From positions 1-28,561 of the IMG/VR virus record IMGVR_UViG_3300037608_000093: DNA of 28,561 bases, one strand, 5' to 3'. Source of the DNA: a virus. Lineage: Duplodnaviria > Caudoviricetes. Below are positions 8,908 through 18,242 of the stretch, in pieces. The position numbers and the translations under genes were made by a program. Every line of letters begins with the position of its first letter. Position 1 is the first letter of the stretch. The notes under the pieces are model-generated. The model had not been told where the DNA came from and searched no databases. It was given only the letters and a program-made list of their open reading frames with translations.

Positions 8908-9390
8908 TTATGATACACCAGACACCGTTATGATGTTATGCGGAATGCTGCTCACCCCGCTCCCGCGCTCGCATTCACCACTCAGTTCCACGCTATAGGT
9001 GTTGCCACCCTCCAGCGTGCCTTTTGGGTAAACGCAGATATTATGCGTCAGATATCCCACCGTTGGGTTATTGCTATCCACCAGCACGATGTCTACATCA
9101 GTGTTGATAAATGCGCTTCTGAGAGCTGCGTAGTCGGCGGCATTGACACCCATTAAGTTCACCTTAAAGGTCGCCTTCTCGCTCACCACATGCGCATTGC
9201 CGTTGCCCTTCTTACGGGTCAAAGCTGGCTCAATTCCGGCACTCCCCTTCTCTTCGATTATCACTAAGTTTAGTGGTGTGCTGCCTGCCGGAATCTTGCT
9301 AAAGCCGCTGCTTAAGTTAACCGTCCCGGATGGATAAGTGCTGGTATTTCTGTAATACAGACGGTCTATAAATCGTCCACTCATTTGCAC
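8908..9390 (-). CDS. Putative major tail tube protein
   Basis: 160 aa, beta-rich, between capsid and chaperone/tape measure genes, followed by a hairpin; no sheath gene is present. Confidence 0.6.
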   Translation of the reverse strand: MQMSGRFIDRLYYRNTSTYPSGTVNLSSGFSKIPAGSTPLNLVIIEEKGSAGIEPALTRKKGNGNAHVVSEKATFKVNLMGVNAADYAALRSAFINTDVDIVLVDSNNPTVGYLTHNICVYPKGTLEGGNTYSVELSGECERGSGVSSIPHNIITVSGVS

Positions 9391-9393
9391 CCC

Positions 9394-9900
9394 CTATTTC
9401 TTAAAGGATTTGCGGTAAAAATACTCCACCGCTGCTTCCACGCTTTTATACTTCTTCAGCAGTGTTTTCATCAGCTTGTTTGGTAGTGCTTGTTTTACCG
9501 CCTGCACAGCCAGTGCTTTAAGTTGCTCGTTCGTTTTATCTTTGCCATATATGTTGTTGATTTGAGCGATGCACTCCAGTATTGCCGCTTCCAGTGCCGT
9601 ATTTACCTCATTTGGAATATCCCATCCCAGCCGTTTACCTACCCAAGCGATTAATGCTCCCACTGCTGTCGGTACCACTATCAGAGATAAGGTATTGATT
9701 AGGTTTAGCACTATCTGATTCCACGGATTGGTAGAGGATGGGGCAGAGCTTTCGCTCTGCCCTGCTGGAGACTGGGTTGGGTTGGGTTGAAAACTGGTTT
9801 GCTTTAGCTGCTCATTCACCTGCTTTTCAGAGCCAAAGCTCCAGCTCACAGATAGCAGCATCACGATAGTTAGTGCGATGACTAATAGTCTTTTCATCAT
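9394..9900 (-). CDS. Membrane protein with signal peptide, possibly LL-H-type holin-like
   Basis: N-terminal signal peptide, S/Q/P-rich linker, TM (LSLIVVPTAVGALIAWVG) and helical C-terminus ending VEAAVE. Confidence 0.45.
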   Translation of the reverse strand: MMKRLLVIALTIVMLLSVSWSFGSEKQVNEQLKQTSFQPNPTQSPAGQSESSAPSSTNPWNQIVLNLINTLSLIVVPTAVGALIAWVGKRLGWDIPNEVNTALEAAILECIAQINNIYGKDKTNEQLKALAVQAVKQALPNKLMKTLLKKYKSVEAAVEYFYRKSFKK

Positions 9901-9908
9901 CTGTCCTC

Positions 9909-10280
9909 CTAAATCTTTCGCCAGATAAAGTAGAGCTTGGCGGTTCCTGTTAATGATTTATATCTGATGTAGTCAGCCGTTAACACCGGTAGTGTTATCA
10001 CTGTCCCTGCAGGTAGCTGCACCCAATAGCTGTTGGCTCGGTTAGATAGACCATCGGTCAAATACACCGCCTGGTCTTTAACTATCACCGTCACTTCCTT
10101 ACTATTAACGGGTACTGCAATGCTGTCTGCTACGGTCACCACCGTGTCTGCTGCCGCCACAAATGTTCGGCTGGTTTGCATCGCTACCCCGTTGGCATCC
10201 CTCGGCAAAGTGCCAATGCCAAAACAGCTTAGTGCCAGCACAGCCAGCATTATGATTAGCATTATTCCTTTCGTATTCAT
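9909..10280 (-). CDS. Hypothetical exported beta-rich protein
   Basis: GGAGG RBS; signal-peptide-like N-terminus MNTKGIMLIIMLAVLALSCFG; directly after the capsid gene. Confidence 0.6.
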   Translation of the reverse strand: MNTKGIMLIIMLAVLALSCFGIGTLPRDANGVAMQTSRTFVAAADTVVTVADSIAVPVNSKEVTVIVKDQAVYLTDGLSNRANSYWVQLPAGTVITLPVLTADYIRYKSLTGTAKLYFIWRKI

Positions 10281-10289
10281 TCCGCCTCC

Positions 10290-11150
10290 TTATGCGCTTG
10301 CCTTGCGGTAACCGATGATCATGGTGTCTTCCTGCACCACTCCGCCAAACACGCTAAAGATGTTCACATCTTCACCGGGTGTCAGCACGTTGGTAGCGTT
10401 GATTGCGCCAAACTCTCGCTGTCTGCCAAAGCCCACTGCATAAGAGCTGTAAAACAATGCCACAGGTAATGTACCGGCTGTTCTACCCCATTCCGATGTC
10501 ACCTTCGGCATATCGGCGCAAAGGATTACGTCAAAGCCCATTACCCGCCCGATTACGCCGTCTTTCAAAGCTGCTGTATCGGCTATCTTGTCCCGGCTGA
10601 TAAATCCTTCGATGTCATACAAATCGTCTTCCATATCCGGGTGCACAGCCATAGTCCTGCCTTTCAGAGGTGCCTTGCTCTTGTTTAGCTTTTTGCGGGC
10701 ATCACGGATGTCTGCCAAGCTCAGCTTATTCCCCACTGTGTCAGTTATTGTGTTCTTATAACCGCTCGTGGATTTCAGCCCGTCGATCATCGTTTGCAAC
10801 AGATACAGGTCATATGCATCCAAGAGCGTGTTCCTGGCATCTTCCGTTTGGCTTTCTACCAAGTCCACACTGGCTTGACCCTTATCAATGTCGCTCACGC
10901 TAAAGAGCACGCCTTTCTTCTGGCTAAAGCTGATGTCAATGGACGACTGGGCTGCGCTCGTTACCGTGCTTGCCGGTAAATCTACCGCCGTATTCGCTCC
11001 CAGTTTCGGTCCATGATAGCCGGTAGCTTCCCTGTCCAGTACCATTGGTGTATAGTCGGTAACACTGTTCACCACGCGCTGTTGCTCCTTTAGAGCATTA
11101 AGTATTTGATTGAGAGTTTTATCTCCCCAAAGTTCTGGTATAAACCCCAT
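10290..11150 (-). CDS. Major capsid protein (P22-coat-like HK97 fold)
   Basis: FIPELW N-terminus; IRDARKKLNKSKAP..GR...VHP and DGVIGRVMGFDVI motifs; follows the protease/scaffold gene. Confidence 0.85.
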   Translation of the reverse strand: MGFIPELWGDKTLNQILNALKEQQRVVNSVTDYTPMVLDREATGYHGPKLGANTAVDLPASTVTSAAQSSIDISFSQKKGVLFSVSDIDKGQASVDLVESQTEDARNTLLDAYDLYLLQTMIDGLKSTSGYKNTITDTVGNKLSLADIRDARKKLNKSKAPLKGRTMAVHPDMEDDLYDIEGFISRDKIADTAALKDGVIGRVMGFDVILCADMPKVTSEWGRTAGTLPVALFYSSYAVGFGRQREFGAINATNVLTPGEDVNIFSVFGGVVQEDTMIIGYRKASA

Positions 11151-11151
11151 G

Positions 11152-12081
11152 CTAACCTCCTAAGTATTCTTTTCTAAGCTGCGCAAATAGCTCCGGGGTT
11201 TCGGCTTTGCACTGCTCCATCTGTTTTGGGTCCTTCAGCAAATCTGCATATGTCACAGACCCTTCACTCTTCCCGTCCACGGCTTTCTGCTTGGTTAGGT
11301 CCGGGATTGCGTTACCAGCTATAAAGCGCTCAAACACTTCCTTGCCCTGCTTGGCAACGATTAAACCTGCTTCTTTTTGACCAGGAAGCAGTTTCTTGGC
11401 AGCGATGGCTTCGTCCACCATCTTCGCTTCTGCAGCGCTTTGAGCCGCAGCTTCCTGTGCGCTTACTTTATCTGCCAGCTCTTGGTTCTTTTGTTTTAGT
11501 GCCTGTAGCTCACTGTCGAGCTTCGCCTTCTCAGCTTCCAAGGCAGCTATCTTTTCGGCATCAGTCATTATGACCTCCTTATCATCTTTATCCCGTTCAT
11601 CACCGGGTTGTTTATGGGTATCATCATACATCTTGTTCACTATCGGAGTCAGATCGTTACGCAAATACGGCAGATTTGTTAGTGCTACGCTAACCACGGT
11701 AGTGCCAATTTTTTTACCACTGTGCGGGTCTACGCTATCAAACAATATCACTGGTGACAGATACTTATATTTCTTGTCTTTCAGCATCTGCCGAGCTTCT
11801 TCTATCCATTCTATCTCAGTTGCCCAAACCCCGTCCTCTCTTAATTCCAGCTTTTTTATCCAGCCAGCCGCAGGTGCCGGGTGACCGTTCTTAGCCGAGG
11901 CTAATGTCTGATGCTCATAGTCGATTACCATATCAATCCCGCTTGAGTTAAAGTTTCGGATTACCTCTTCACAATCATCTTTTGTGACCTTAAACTTCCG
12001 CTCCTTCCACTCCCCGATTGGCAGTATATGCATCTCGCTGGGTACGTCTTTAACCTTCTGAGCCAAACTATATATTTGCAT
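11152..12081 (-). CDS. Mu-like protease I / scaffold protein
   Basis: IDYEHQT, APAAGW, YKYLSPV and VALTNLP motifs; internal EVIM start of a coiled-coil scaffold region. Confidence 0.93.
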   Translation of the reverse strand: MQIYSLAQKVKDVPSEMHILPIGEWKERKFKVTKDDCEEVIRNFNSSGIDMVIDYEHQTLASAKNGHPAPAAGWIKKLELREDGVWATEIEWIEEARQMLKDKKYKYLSPVILFDSVDPHSGKKIGTTVVSVALTNLPYLRNDLTPIVNKMYDDTHKQPGDERDKDDKEVIMTDAEKIAALEAEKAKLDSELQALKQKNQELADKVSAQEAAAQSAAEAKMVDEAIAAKKLLPGQKEAGLIVAKQGKEVFERFIAGNAIPDLTKQKAVDGKSEGSVTYADLLKDPKQMEQCKAETPELFAQLRKEYLGG

Positions 12082-12112
12082 TCCCGCTCCTTATAATGTC
12101 GTTTGTTATATT

Positions 12113-12145
12113 GTCCATTCAGTCCATATCGTCCATTACGTACAT
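12113..12145 (+). repeat. GTCCAT micro-array in divergent late intergenic region
   Basis: GTCCATTCA GTCCATATC GTCCATTAC GTACAT, 9-bp period. Confidence 0.85.
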
Positions 12146-12186
12146 CCGCTTCATCATAACATAGTCCTCTTTTTTCTTCTAATTTA

Positions 12187-12203
12187 TATAGTAACTTACT
12201 ATA
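12187..12203. promoter_or_regulatory. Perfect palindrome TATAGTAA-C-TTACTATA, candidate late-activator site
   Basis: Dyad located between the two divergent late operons. Confidence 0.5.
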
Positions 12204-12254
12204 CTTTTTCTTAATTTTAACGCTTTTATGCTATATGCTCACGCAGGAGATTAT

Positions 12255-12650
12255 ATGACCAAAGATGTTTTAAACTCACTCATCACTGCCCTCAAAGAAC
12301 CAGCTTTAATGCTCAACCAGGTTGAGTCCTATGAAGGTCAGTTTGAAGATATCAGTGACTTTCTCATTGTCCCGCCCTCTGCCTTTGTCGCCATCGACCG
12401 CTGTCAAACCAATGAGCTTAGTCACGTGCAACCCATCTATGATGTTTCCGTTTATCTGGTTACCAATCATATCCAAAAGACAGACCAATCCCAAATGCTC
12501 GATCTCATCGATTCTGTCGCCCTCAAACTAAACCGCCTGCCCGTCACCGGCTCCGGCTACTCGGGTAGAATCTTTTACTCCGGGTTCTCTTCCCTCGGCA
12601 TCTTTCCCGGATTCTGTGTCTATCAGCTTAATTTCACCGCTAAATGTTAG
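12255..12650 (+). CDS. Mu gp37-like (DUF1834) tail terminator/completion protein
   Basis: VESYEGQFE...PSAFV motif; start moved to ATG 12255 after an AGGAG RBS. Confidence 0.75.
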   Translation: MTKDVLNSLITALKEPALMLNQVESYEGQFEDISDFLIVPPSAFVAIDRCQTNELSHVQPIYDVSVYLVTNHIQKTDQSQMLDLIDSVALKLNRLPVTGSGYSGRIFYSGFSSLGIFPGFCVYQLNFTAKC

Positions 12651-12659
12651 GAGATAACG

Positions 12660-13082
12660 ATGTATACCACCACTGCAGATCTTAAACGTAATCTTGGGCA
12701 ACACGCCGAGCTTCTCCTCACCGGCTTGGTTACCCCTGCCCGCCCCGGTTATCCTGAAGACGATTCTGTTTTAATCTCTATCATTGCAGACGCTTCAGAC
12801 TTCATCGATGGTATGATTGTCCAAGCAGTGACTGTTCCCGTTACTCCCACGCCAAAACTGCTTGCCTCGATATGTAACTTTATCTGTGTTAAAAACATCT
12901 GGGCACTCAAAAACACCAAAGACATTCCCGCCCACGTCCAAAAAGACTATGATAACGCTATTAAATTACTGGGTTCCATTGCCAGTGGCAAACTCAAGCT
13001 TTCTGCCGCAGACCCTGCAGACTCCTCTTTTCATGATCTCAAGTTTACCACCAAATCCCGAATCTTTGGTACTGACCTATGA
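12660..13082 (+). CDS. Mu gp36/J-like (DUF1320) head-tail adaptor
   Basis: MYTT.ADL, IADASDFID and DYDNAIKLL..IASGKLKL motifs. Confidence 0.88.
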   Translation: MYTTTADLKRNLGQHAELLLTGLVTPARPGYPEDDSVLISIIADASDFIDGMIVQAVTVPVTPTPKLLASICNFICVKNIWALKNTKDIPAHVQKDYDNAIKLLGSIASGKLKLSAADPADSSFHDLKFTTKSRIFGTDL

Positions 13083-13585
13083 TTGATGCTTCTCTGCTCA
13101 ACCGCCTCGGCATCATCGTTGTCCAGTCCATTACCGCCCGCATTCGGCAAGGTAAGGTTGCGCCCAAAACTAATAAATCAGGAACCACGCTGGTTCAGTC
13201 CTCCCATCTGATTAAAAGCATCCGCCATTACGTCAAAGCCGATTCCGTTACCATCGGCACCAATCTCGTCTATGCCCGCATTCTCCACGAAGGTGGCATT
13301 ATCAAACCACGCCGGGCAAAGTACTTGGCTATCCCTCTCTCTCCCTTGGCTGCCGTCCACAAACCTCGGGATTTTGCTAATACCTTTATCAGCAAAGGCA
13401 TCATCTTTCTTGCCCAAGATGCCGGTGATCCGATTCCTCTTTATGCTCTCAAAAAACAGGTTGTCATCCCGGCCCGTCCTTATCTGTTCCTCGATACCCC
13501 TACCCATGATAAACTTATCACTGCTATCCAAAATCACGTCTCTGCTCACTTAAAATCTGCTATCAAAGGAAGTCACAATGGCTAA
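13079..13585 (+). CDS. Mu gpG-like virion morphogenesis protein
   Basis: TL..S.HL.KSI, IGTNLVYARILHEGG and IPARPYL motifs. Confidence 0.9.
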   Translation: MIDASLLNRLGIIVVQSITARIRQGKVAPKTNKSGTTLVQSSHLIKSIRHYVKADSVTIGTNLVYARILHEGGIIKPRRAKYLAIPLSPLAAVHKPRDFANTFISKGIIFLAQDAGDPIPLYALKKQVVIPARPYLFLDTPTHDKLITAIQNHVSAHLKSAIKGSHNG

Positions 13586-14030
13586 ATCAACTATCTCCCA
13601 ACAGCAAAAAGACATCGCTTTAGACCTCTATATCCAGCGCAAGTCCCTCGCCCAAATTCACGAGATAACAGGCATTCCCCTGCGTTCTTTGTATAATCTC
13701 AAACACAAATATGATTGGGATTCATATCTACGCATAGGTAATATCGAGCTTGCAAAAAAAGCTGAAGAAGAGTTCTTCAAAGAGATAAACAAGGCTATTG
13801 AACAGGATAGACTCGGTGACCCTGGCACTGTTGATAAGCTCACCAAACTCGGCAAAGTGCTAGAACGCCTACTGCCCAAACGCCAGCTCTTAAATAATAT
13901 CTACTCCATCCTGGAAGCCCAGACCGATTATATTAACCGATTGGGTAACCCGGAGCTTGCCCAGCTCTGGCAAAAACACTTAGCTCCTTTGGCAGAGCAT
14001 CTCCGCTTAACCTTCGCTGGTAAAGACTAA
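13578..14030 (+). CDS. Putative small terminase subunit (DUF1804-like HTH)
   Basis: N-terminal HTH (ALDLYIQRKSLAQIHEITGIP..SLYNLK.KYDWD) directly upstream of the large subunit. Confidence 0.75.
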   Translation: MAKSTISQQQKDIALDLYIQRKSLAQIHEITGIPLRSLYNLKHKYDWDSYLRIGNIELAKKAEEEFFKEINKAIEQDRLGDPGTVDKLTKLGKVLERLLPKRQLLNNIYSILEAQTDYINRLGNPELAQLWQKHLAPLAEHLRLTFAGKD

Positions 14031-14031
14031 T

Positions 14032-15522
14032 ATGAATATGACCCCCTCAGTCTTTGATAAAAAAATAGCTGAGCTTGTCGCTAGCATTAAGCTCATCTCG
14101 CGTCCTTTTGCCGACACCTCTCCTTTGGCTATTGCTCAGCGTACTGACCGTGCCCTTGTTGATTACGAGTTCTTTGCTCGCACTTATTTCCCGCACTACA
14201 TCACAGCAGATTTTATTCAGCCCCATCATCAAATGCTGGCTGCCTCATCTCTGCCTCACACCATCACCGCCGTTATGGGCTTTCGTGGACTTGGCAAGTC
14301 CGTCCACCTAACTATTATCCGACCCCTCTGGCTTGCCCTCCGTGGCGATATCCATTTTTACATTGCCGTCTCGGATAACGAAGAACTTGCCAAAGAACGC
14401 ACCTCTGCCATCGCTGCCGAAATGCAGAATAACGAACGCCTCCTGGGTGACTTCGGTGAGCTGCTCTCTCCTGCTTATAGTGACTATGATTTTCTCTCCC
14501 GCTCCGCAGTCCGCTTTCTTGCCCTTGGCTGGCAACAACCCATTCGCGGTAAGGTAAACGGCTGCTTCCCTCCCGATTATATCGTCATCGATGACTTTGA
14601 ATCTCACCGTGCCATCAATCCGGCTATTGCCCGCCGCAAACTGCAGTATGTCCGCGAAGAAGCTTTCGGGGCTTTGCATAACTCCGGCGGTGCAATAGTC
14701 TGGCTCGGTAACCTCACTCATTCTGATTCTGCCTTGGCATACTTCAAAACCCTGTGTGATGAGCAGCCTGATAACCCCCAAATCAAATACCTCCTTTACA
14801 AAGTTAGAAATTTAGACGGCTCTTCGGTCTGGCCTCAGCAGTACTCAGAGGCAGATCTGCAAGCTATTGAAAACGCTATGGGTTCTCTTGGCTTCCAACG
14901 CCACATGATGATGAATCCCATCCTCGAAGGTGTTAAGTTTAAATACGACTGGTTTCGTTACTATTCTGCCCTGCCTTCAGCTTTTGACAAAATCGTCACC
15001 TATTGTGACCCCTCTCTTTCTGCCAAACCCACCGCCGATTATAAGTCCATTATCACCCTCGGTTTGGCTGATAAAAGATATTACCTGCTGGATTGCCACA
15101 TCCGTAAAGTTTCGCTCAATGCCATGCTCAAATACCTCTATAAAACCGACCGCAAGTTCACCACCCGTATCTTCATGGAATCAAATTTCTGGCAACAGAT
15201 TATCTGGCAGTTCATTCCCAACCTCGCCGAATCTGAAGGCTACCTGCTGCCTGTCACTGGTATCGAAAACCGCTTGCCAAAATCCCAGCGCATTGAAGCC
15301 CTCACACCCCTCTTTGAGTGGGAATGGATTCTTTTCCCTCAAGCCCAAACCCCGGATACTAAACTGCTGGAAGAACAGCTCCTAGGCTATCCCGACTATC
15401 CCTATGATGACGGTCCTGATGCCTTGGCAGGTGCCATTGCTCAGCTCAAAAACTTTTCTCACAAATTGGAATATCGCGGTGTCAAAAGCTGTGGCTTTTC
15501 CAACAGGTTCACTTCTCTATGA
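14032..15522 (+). CDS. terL: Terminase large subunit
   Basis: Walker A GFRGLGKS, Walker B YIVIDDFE, nuclease motifs YCDPS and DDGPDAL. Confidence 0.93.
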   Translation: MNMTPSVFDKKIAELVASIKLISRPFADTSPLAIAQRTDRALVDYEFFARTYFPHYITADFIQPHHQMLAASSLPHTITAVMGFRGLGKSVHLTIIRPLWLALRGDIHFYIAVSDNEELAKERTSAIAAEMQNNERLLGDFGELLSPAYSDYDFLSRSAVRFLALGWQQPIRGKVNGCFPPDYIVIDDFESHRAINPAIARRKLQYVREEAFGALHNSGGAIVWLGNLTHSDSALAYFKTLCDEQPDNPQIKYLLYKVRNLDGSSVWPQQYSEADLQAIENAMGSLGFQRHMMMNPILEGVKFKYDWFRYYSALPSAFDKIVTYCDPSLSAKPTADYKSIITLGLADKRYYLLDCHIRKVSLNAMLKYLYKTDRKFTTRIFMESNFWQQIIWQFIPNLAESEGYLLPVTGIENRLPKSQRIEALTPLFEWEWILFPQAQTPDTKLLEEQLLGYPDYPYDDGPDALAGAIAQLKNFSHKLEYRGVKSCGFSNRFTSL

Positions 15523-15526
15523 TCCC

Positions 15527-15571
15527 GTCCATATCGTCCATTTCTGTCCATACCTGTCCATATCCGTCCAT
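15527..15571 (+). repeat. GTCCAT micro-array (5 units)
   Basis: Units at 15527, 15536, 15546, 15556 and 15566, between terL and the portal RBS. Confidence 0.9.
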
Positions 15572-15589
15572 TTCTAAAAGGAGATCATC

Positions 15590-16741
15590 ATGAAACTATT
15601 CCCCCTCAAAGCTAAAACCACAGCACCCACCACCCCTCCCTCCCTCTCCATCCGTCAAGTGCCTCAATCCACCTTTATGGTGCGTGCCCAGATGACACCT
15701 GATGCCATCATCCAAGCCAAAAACGCCCGTGATAAAGGCGAGCTGCTCCCCATCAAAAGACTATATAACCTTATGCTCATTGAAGACCTCAGTTGTGCCT
15801 CTGCTGTAGATGTTCGCCTCGAAGCCCTCAAATCTGCCGTCTGCCGCATTGAAAATACTAACCTGTTAAACATGCAGCAAGAATATTTTAAGCTGGTTAT
15901 CCGCCGCTTTTACCCCGTTTTCTGCGAAATGCTCATCCAGCTTAAACTCACCGGCTCCCTCTTTCGCCAGATTGAATACAATTTTACTGACGCTCTTTAC
16001 TACCCCTCTGCATACACAGACTACCCTTTGGCTGATCTCAGGCTTCAGGATGGGTCCCTGCAGCTTTACTCAAAAGGTAAGCCCGATACATTCGATTATC
16101 TTCACTTTATCTCCGCCGTCAAAGACCCCGGCGCTCTCTATTCCACCCTTAAATACTATGTCTTTTATTCCTTCGCACTCAATAACTGGGCACAGTTCAC
16201 CGAAACTTATGGCAAGCCTCCCCGCCTTGCCCGCTACGCTCCGGGTACGTCAGAGGTGGAAAAGTCAGAGCTTTGGCGGATGCTCCAAAACTTCGGCTCC
16301 GATTTGGCGGCTATGATCTCTGAAAATGTTAAGCTTGAGTTTGCCGATTTCTCCTCCAAATCAGCTTCAGTTGACCTTTATAGCCGCCTTGTCGAGTTCT
16401 GCGACGATCGCATCACCCGCCGCATCTTAGGGCAAACTCTTTCCACAAAATCAGTCGGGGACGGTGGCTCCTACGCTCAGGCAAAAGTCCACAATCTCGT
16501 CCGCCAAGATATTCTCTCCGGTGACCTGCGTGATTTAGATGCCCTAATCAGCTCTCATTTAACCCAGCTTAATTATATTAACTTTAACGCCGATGAAATC
16601 AATGTCTCTCTCTCCTTGCCACAAGCTGTTGACCTTTCCCAACGCATCGTTATTGACGAAAAGCTCTATAACACCATCGGCATTGAGTTCCCTGAAAACT
16701 ACTGGTACGACACCTATGGCATCCCCAATCCTCAAGCTTAA
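15590..16741 (+). CDS. Portal protein (Mu gp29 / DUF935)
   Basis: WAQFTETYGKP, ILGQTLST and GSYAQAKVHNLVRQD motifs. Confidence 0.93.
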   Translation: MKLFPLKAKTTAPTTPPSLSIRQVPQSTFMVRAQMTPDAIIQAKNARDKGELLPIKRLYNLMLIEDLSCASAVDVRLEALKSAVCRIENTNLLNMQQEYFKLVIRRFYPVFCEMLIQLKLTGSLFRQIEYNFTDALYYPSAYTDYPLADLRLQDGSLQLYSKGKPDTFDYLHFISAVKDPGALYSTLKYYVFYSFALNNWAQFTETYGKPPRLARYAPGTSEVEKSELWRMLQNFGSDLAAMISENVKLEFADFSSKSASVDLYSRLVEFCDDRITRRILGQTLSTKSVGDGGSYAQAKVHNLVRQDILSGDLRDLDALISSHLTQLNYINFNADEINVSLSLPQAVDLSQRIVIDEKLYNTIGIEFPENYWYDTYGIPNPQA

Positions 16742-16811
16742 TTATCCTTCTTTGGTAACCTGCCACTGGCACGTCCATCCGTAATTCGTAATTTAATTTA
16801 TGGAGTTGCCT

Positions 16812-18128
16812 ATGCCACTGCCTTTTCCGCTCTCTCACCACCGCTCACAGCTTGTTATCTGCCAGCGTTCCTTCTCCATCTCCGCCCGTTCTGCTCTGTC
16901 ATACATGGTTAAACCCGCTCAAATCCTGCTTAACTCCATTAAACACTGCCAAACTCTTAAGGACTTGGATACTACCGGTTTAACCACCTCCTTCACTCTC
17001 GCTTATGGCTTTCAGCTCACCGCCTGCGCCATCGCTGCTTATATAAAAGGTGTCCGCTCCACTCGCAGACTCCGCCAAACCCTCTCTTCTGCTCCTGATC
17101 TCAGCTCGCTTATCAATTTCTCTTGGTCTATACCAGACCTCGCTGCCGTCTCTGCCTTCACCCAGCAATCCTTTATCGTGGCAGGTGTCCAATCCGCCGA
17201 TTTGCTCGCTTCTCTTAAGCAGGAAGCTGCTCAAATTATCCGTGACGGTGGCACCTTTGCTGACTTTAGAAACAATGCTCAACTCCTTGGTTTTGAGCCG
17301 AATAACCCCTATCATCTTCGCACCAATTTTAATACAGCCACCTCTGCCGCTTATCAGGCTGGACGCTGGAAAAGCATTGAAAATACAAAAGATATCTTCC
17401 CCTACCTCCGCTATGTCACTATGCAGGATGAGCGTGTTCGTGATGAACATGCTCCGCTTAATGGCATTGTCCTGCCTGTTGACGATCCATTCTGGATAAC
17501 CAGCTATCCACCCAATGACTGGAACTGTCGCTGTGATGTCGAGCAGCTCACTTTGCCGGAAGCTGAGGCTGACCCCTTATTTAGTAAAGACCTTCCCCAG
17601 TTTAATCCTTCTCCTCAGTGGAATACCAATCCCGGACGAACCAATCTGCTTATGGGTGATTATGATAGGCTTAAGCAGGCAAAAAGCTTAGATTATCAAG
17701 AATATGGTCTGCCAAAATGCAGTAAGCAAGCTGGCGGGAAAGTCCGTACAATAAATATGGACGGGCTAAACAAGCAAATGCTTATTGAACAATATCGTCT
17801 TACTTTAGGTGACAAATTAATGCCAGATTGCAATGGGCAGCCGGTATTGTTTTCGATGGCGAAAGCGGATAAATTTAAAAATTATTCTCTGGAAGACATC
17901 AGGGGTAGGTTGGCTTATATGAATCATTTGCCGGAGGTAATCAGCAAACCTACAGAAAAGTGGTTTAACCCTGCTGATAACCGCTTTTACTACTATAAAA
18001 AATACGACAAAAATCTGGTTATCTTAGCAGAGTTGAAAGACGGTGTTTTAGAATATTTCAATATTATGATTAACCGTGATGAAGAAGTCGACAAAAAACG
18101 CAAAGGTATTCTTCTATATAAATCATAA
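16812..18128 (+). CDS. MuF (gp30/SPP1 gp7-like) minor head protein with putative PBECR2-like C-terminal domain
   Basis: LRYVTMQDERVRDEH and PPNDWNCRC MuF motifs; C-terminal R.AY...LPEVISKPTEKW...RFYYYKKY...RKGILLY; start moved to ATG 16812 after GGAG. Confidence 0.88.
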   Translation: MPLPFPLSHHRSQLVICQRSFSISARSALSYMVKPAQILLNSIKHCQTLKDLDTTGLTTSFTLAYGFQLTACAIAAYIKGVRSTRRLRQTLSSAPDLSSLINFSWSIPDLAAVSAFTQQSFIVAGVQSADLLASLKQEAAQIIRDGGTFADFRNNAQLLGFEPNNPYHLRTNFNTATSAAYQAGRWKSIENTKDIFPYLRYVTMQDERVRDEHAPLNGIVLPVDDPFWITSYPPNDWNCRCDVEQLTLPEAEADPLFSKDLPQFNPSPQWNTNPGRTNLLMGDYDRLKQAKSLDYQEYGLPKCSKQAGGKVRTINMDGLNKQMLIEQYRLTLGDKLMPDCNGQPVLFSMAKADKFKNYSLEDIRGRLAYMNHLPEVISKPTEKWFNPADNRFYYYKKYDKNLVILAELKDGVLEYFNIMINRDEEVDKKRKGILLYKS

Positions 18129-18160
18129 AAAAAAAGAAGGTAGCTTTTAAGCCACCTTCT
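18127..18160 (-). terminator. Rho-independent terminator of the early operon
   Basis: - strand AGAAGGTGGCTT-AA-AAGCTACCTTCT running into a long T tract, at the convergence with MuF. Confidence 0.85.
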
Positions 18161-18242
18161 GCGAGGCACGTGGGTTTCCTGCCCCCCTGCGCCATCCCCA
18201 TCAATCACAGCGGACAGGCGCTATGATGGTTCTAATTACAAT

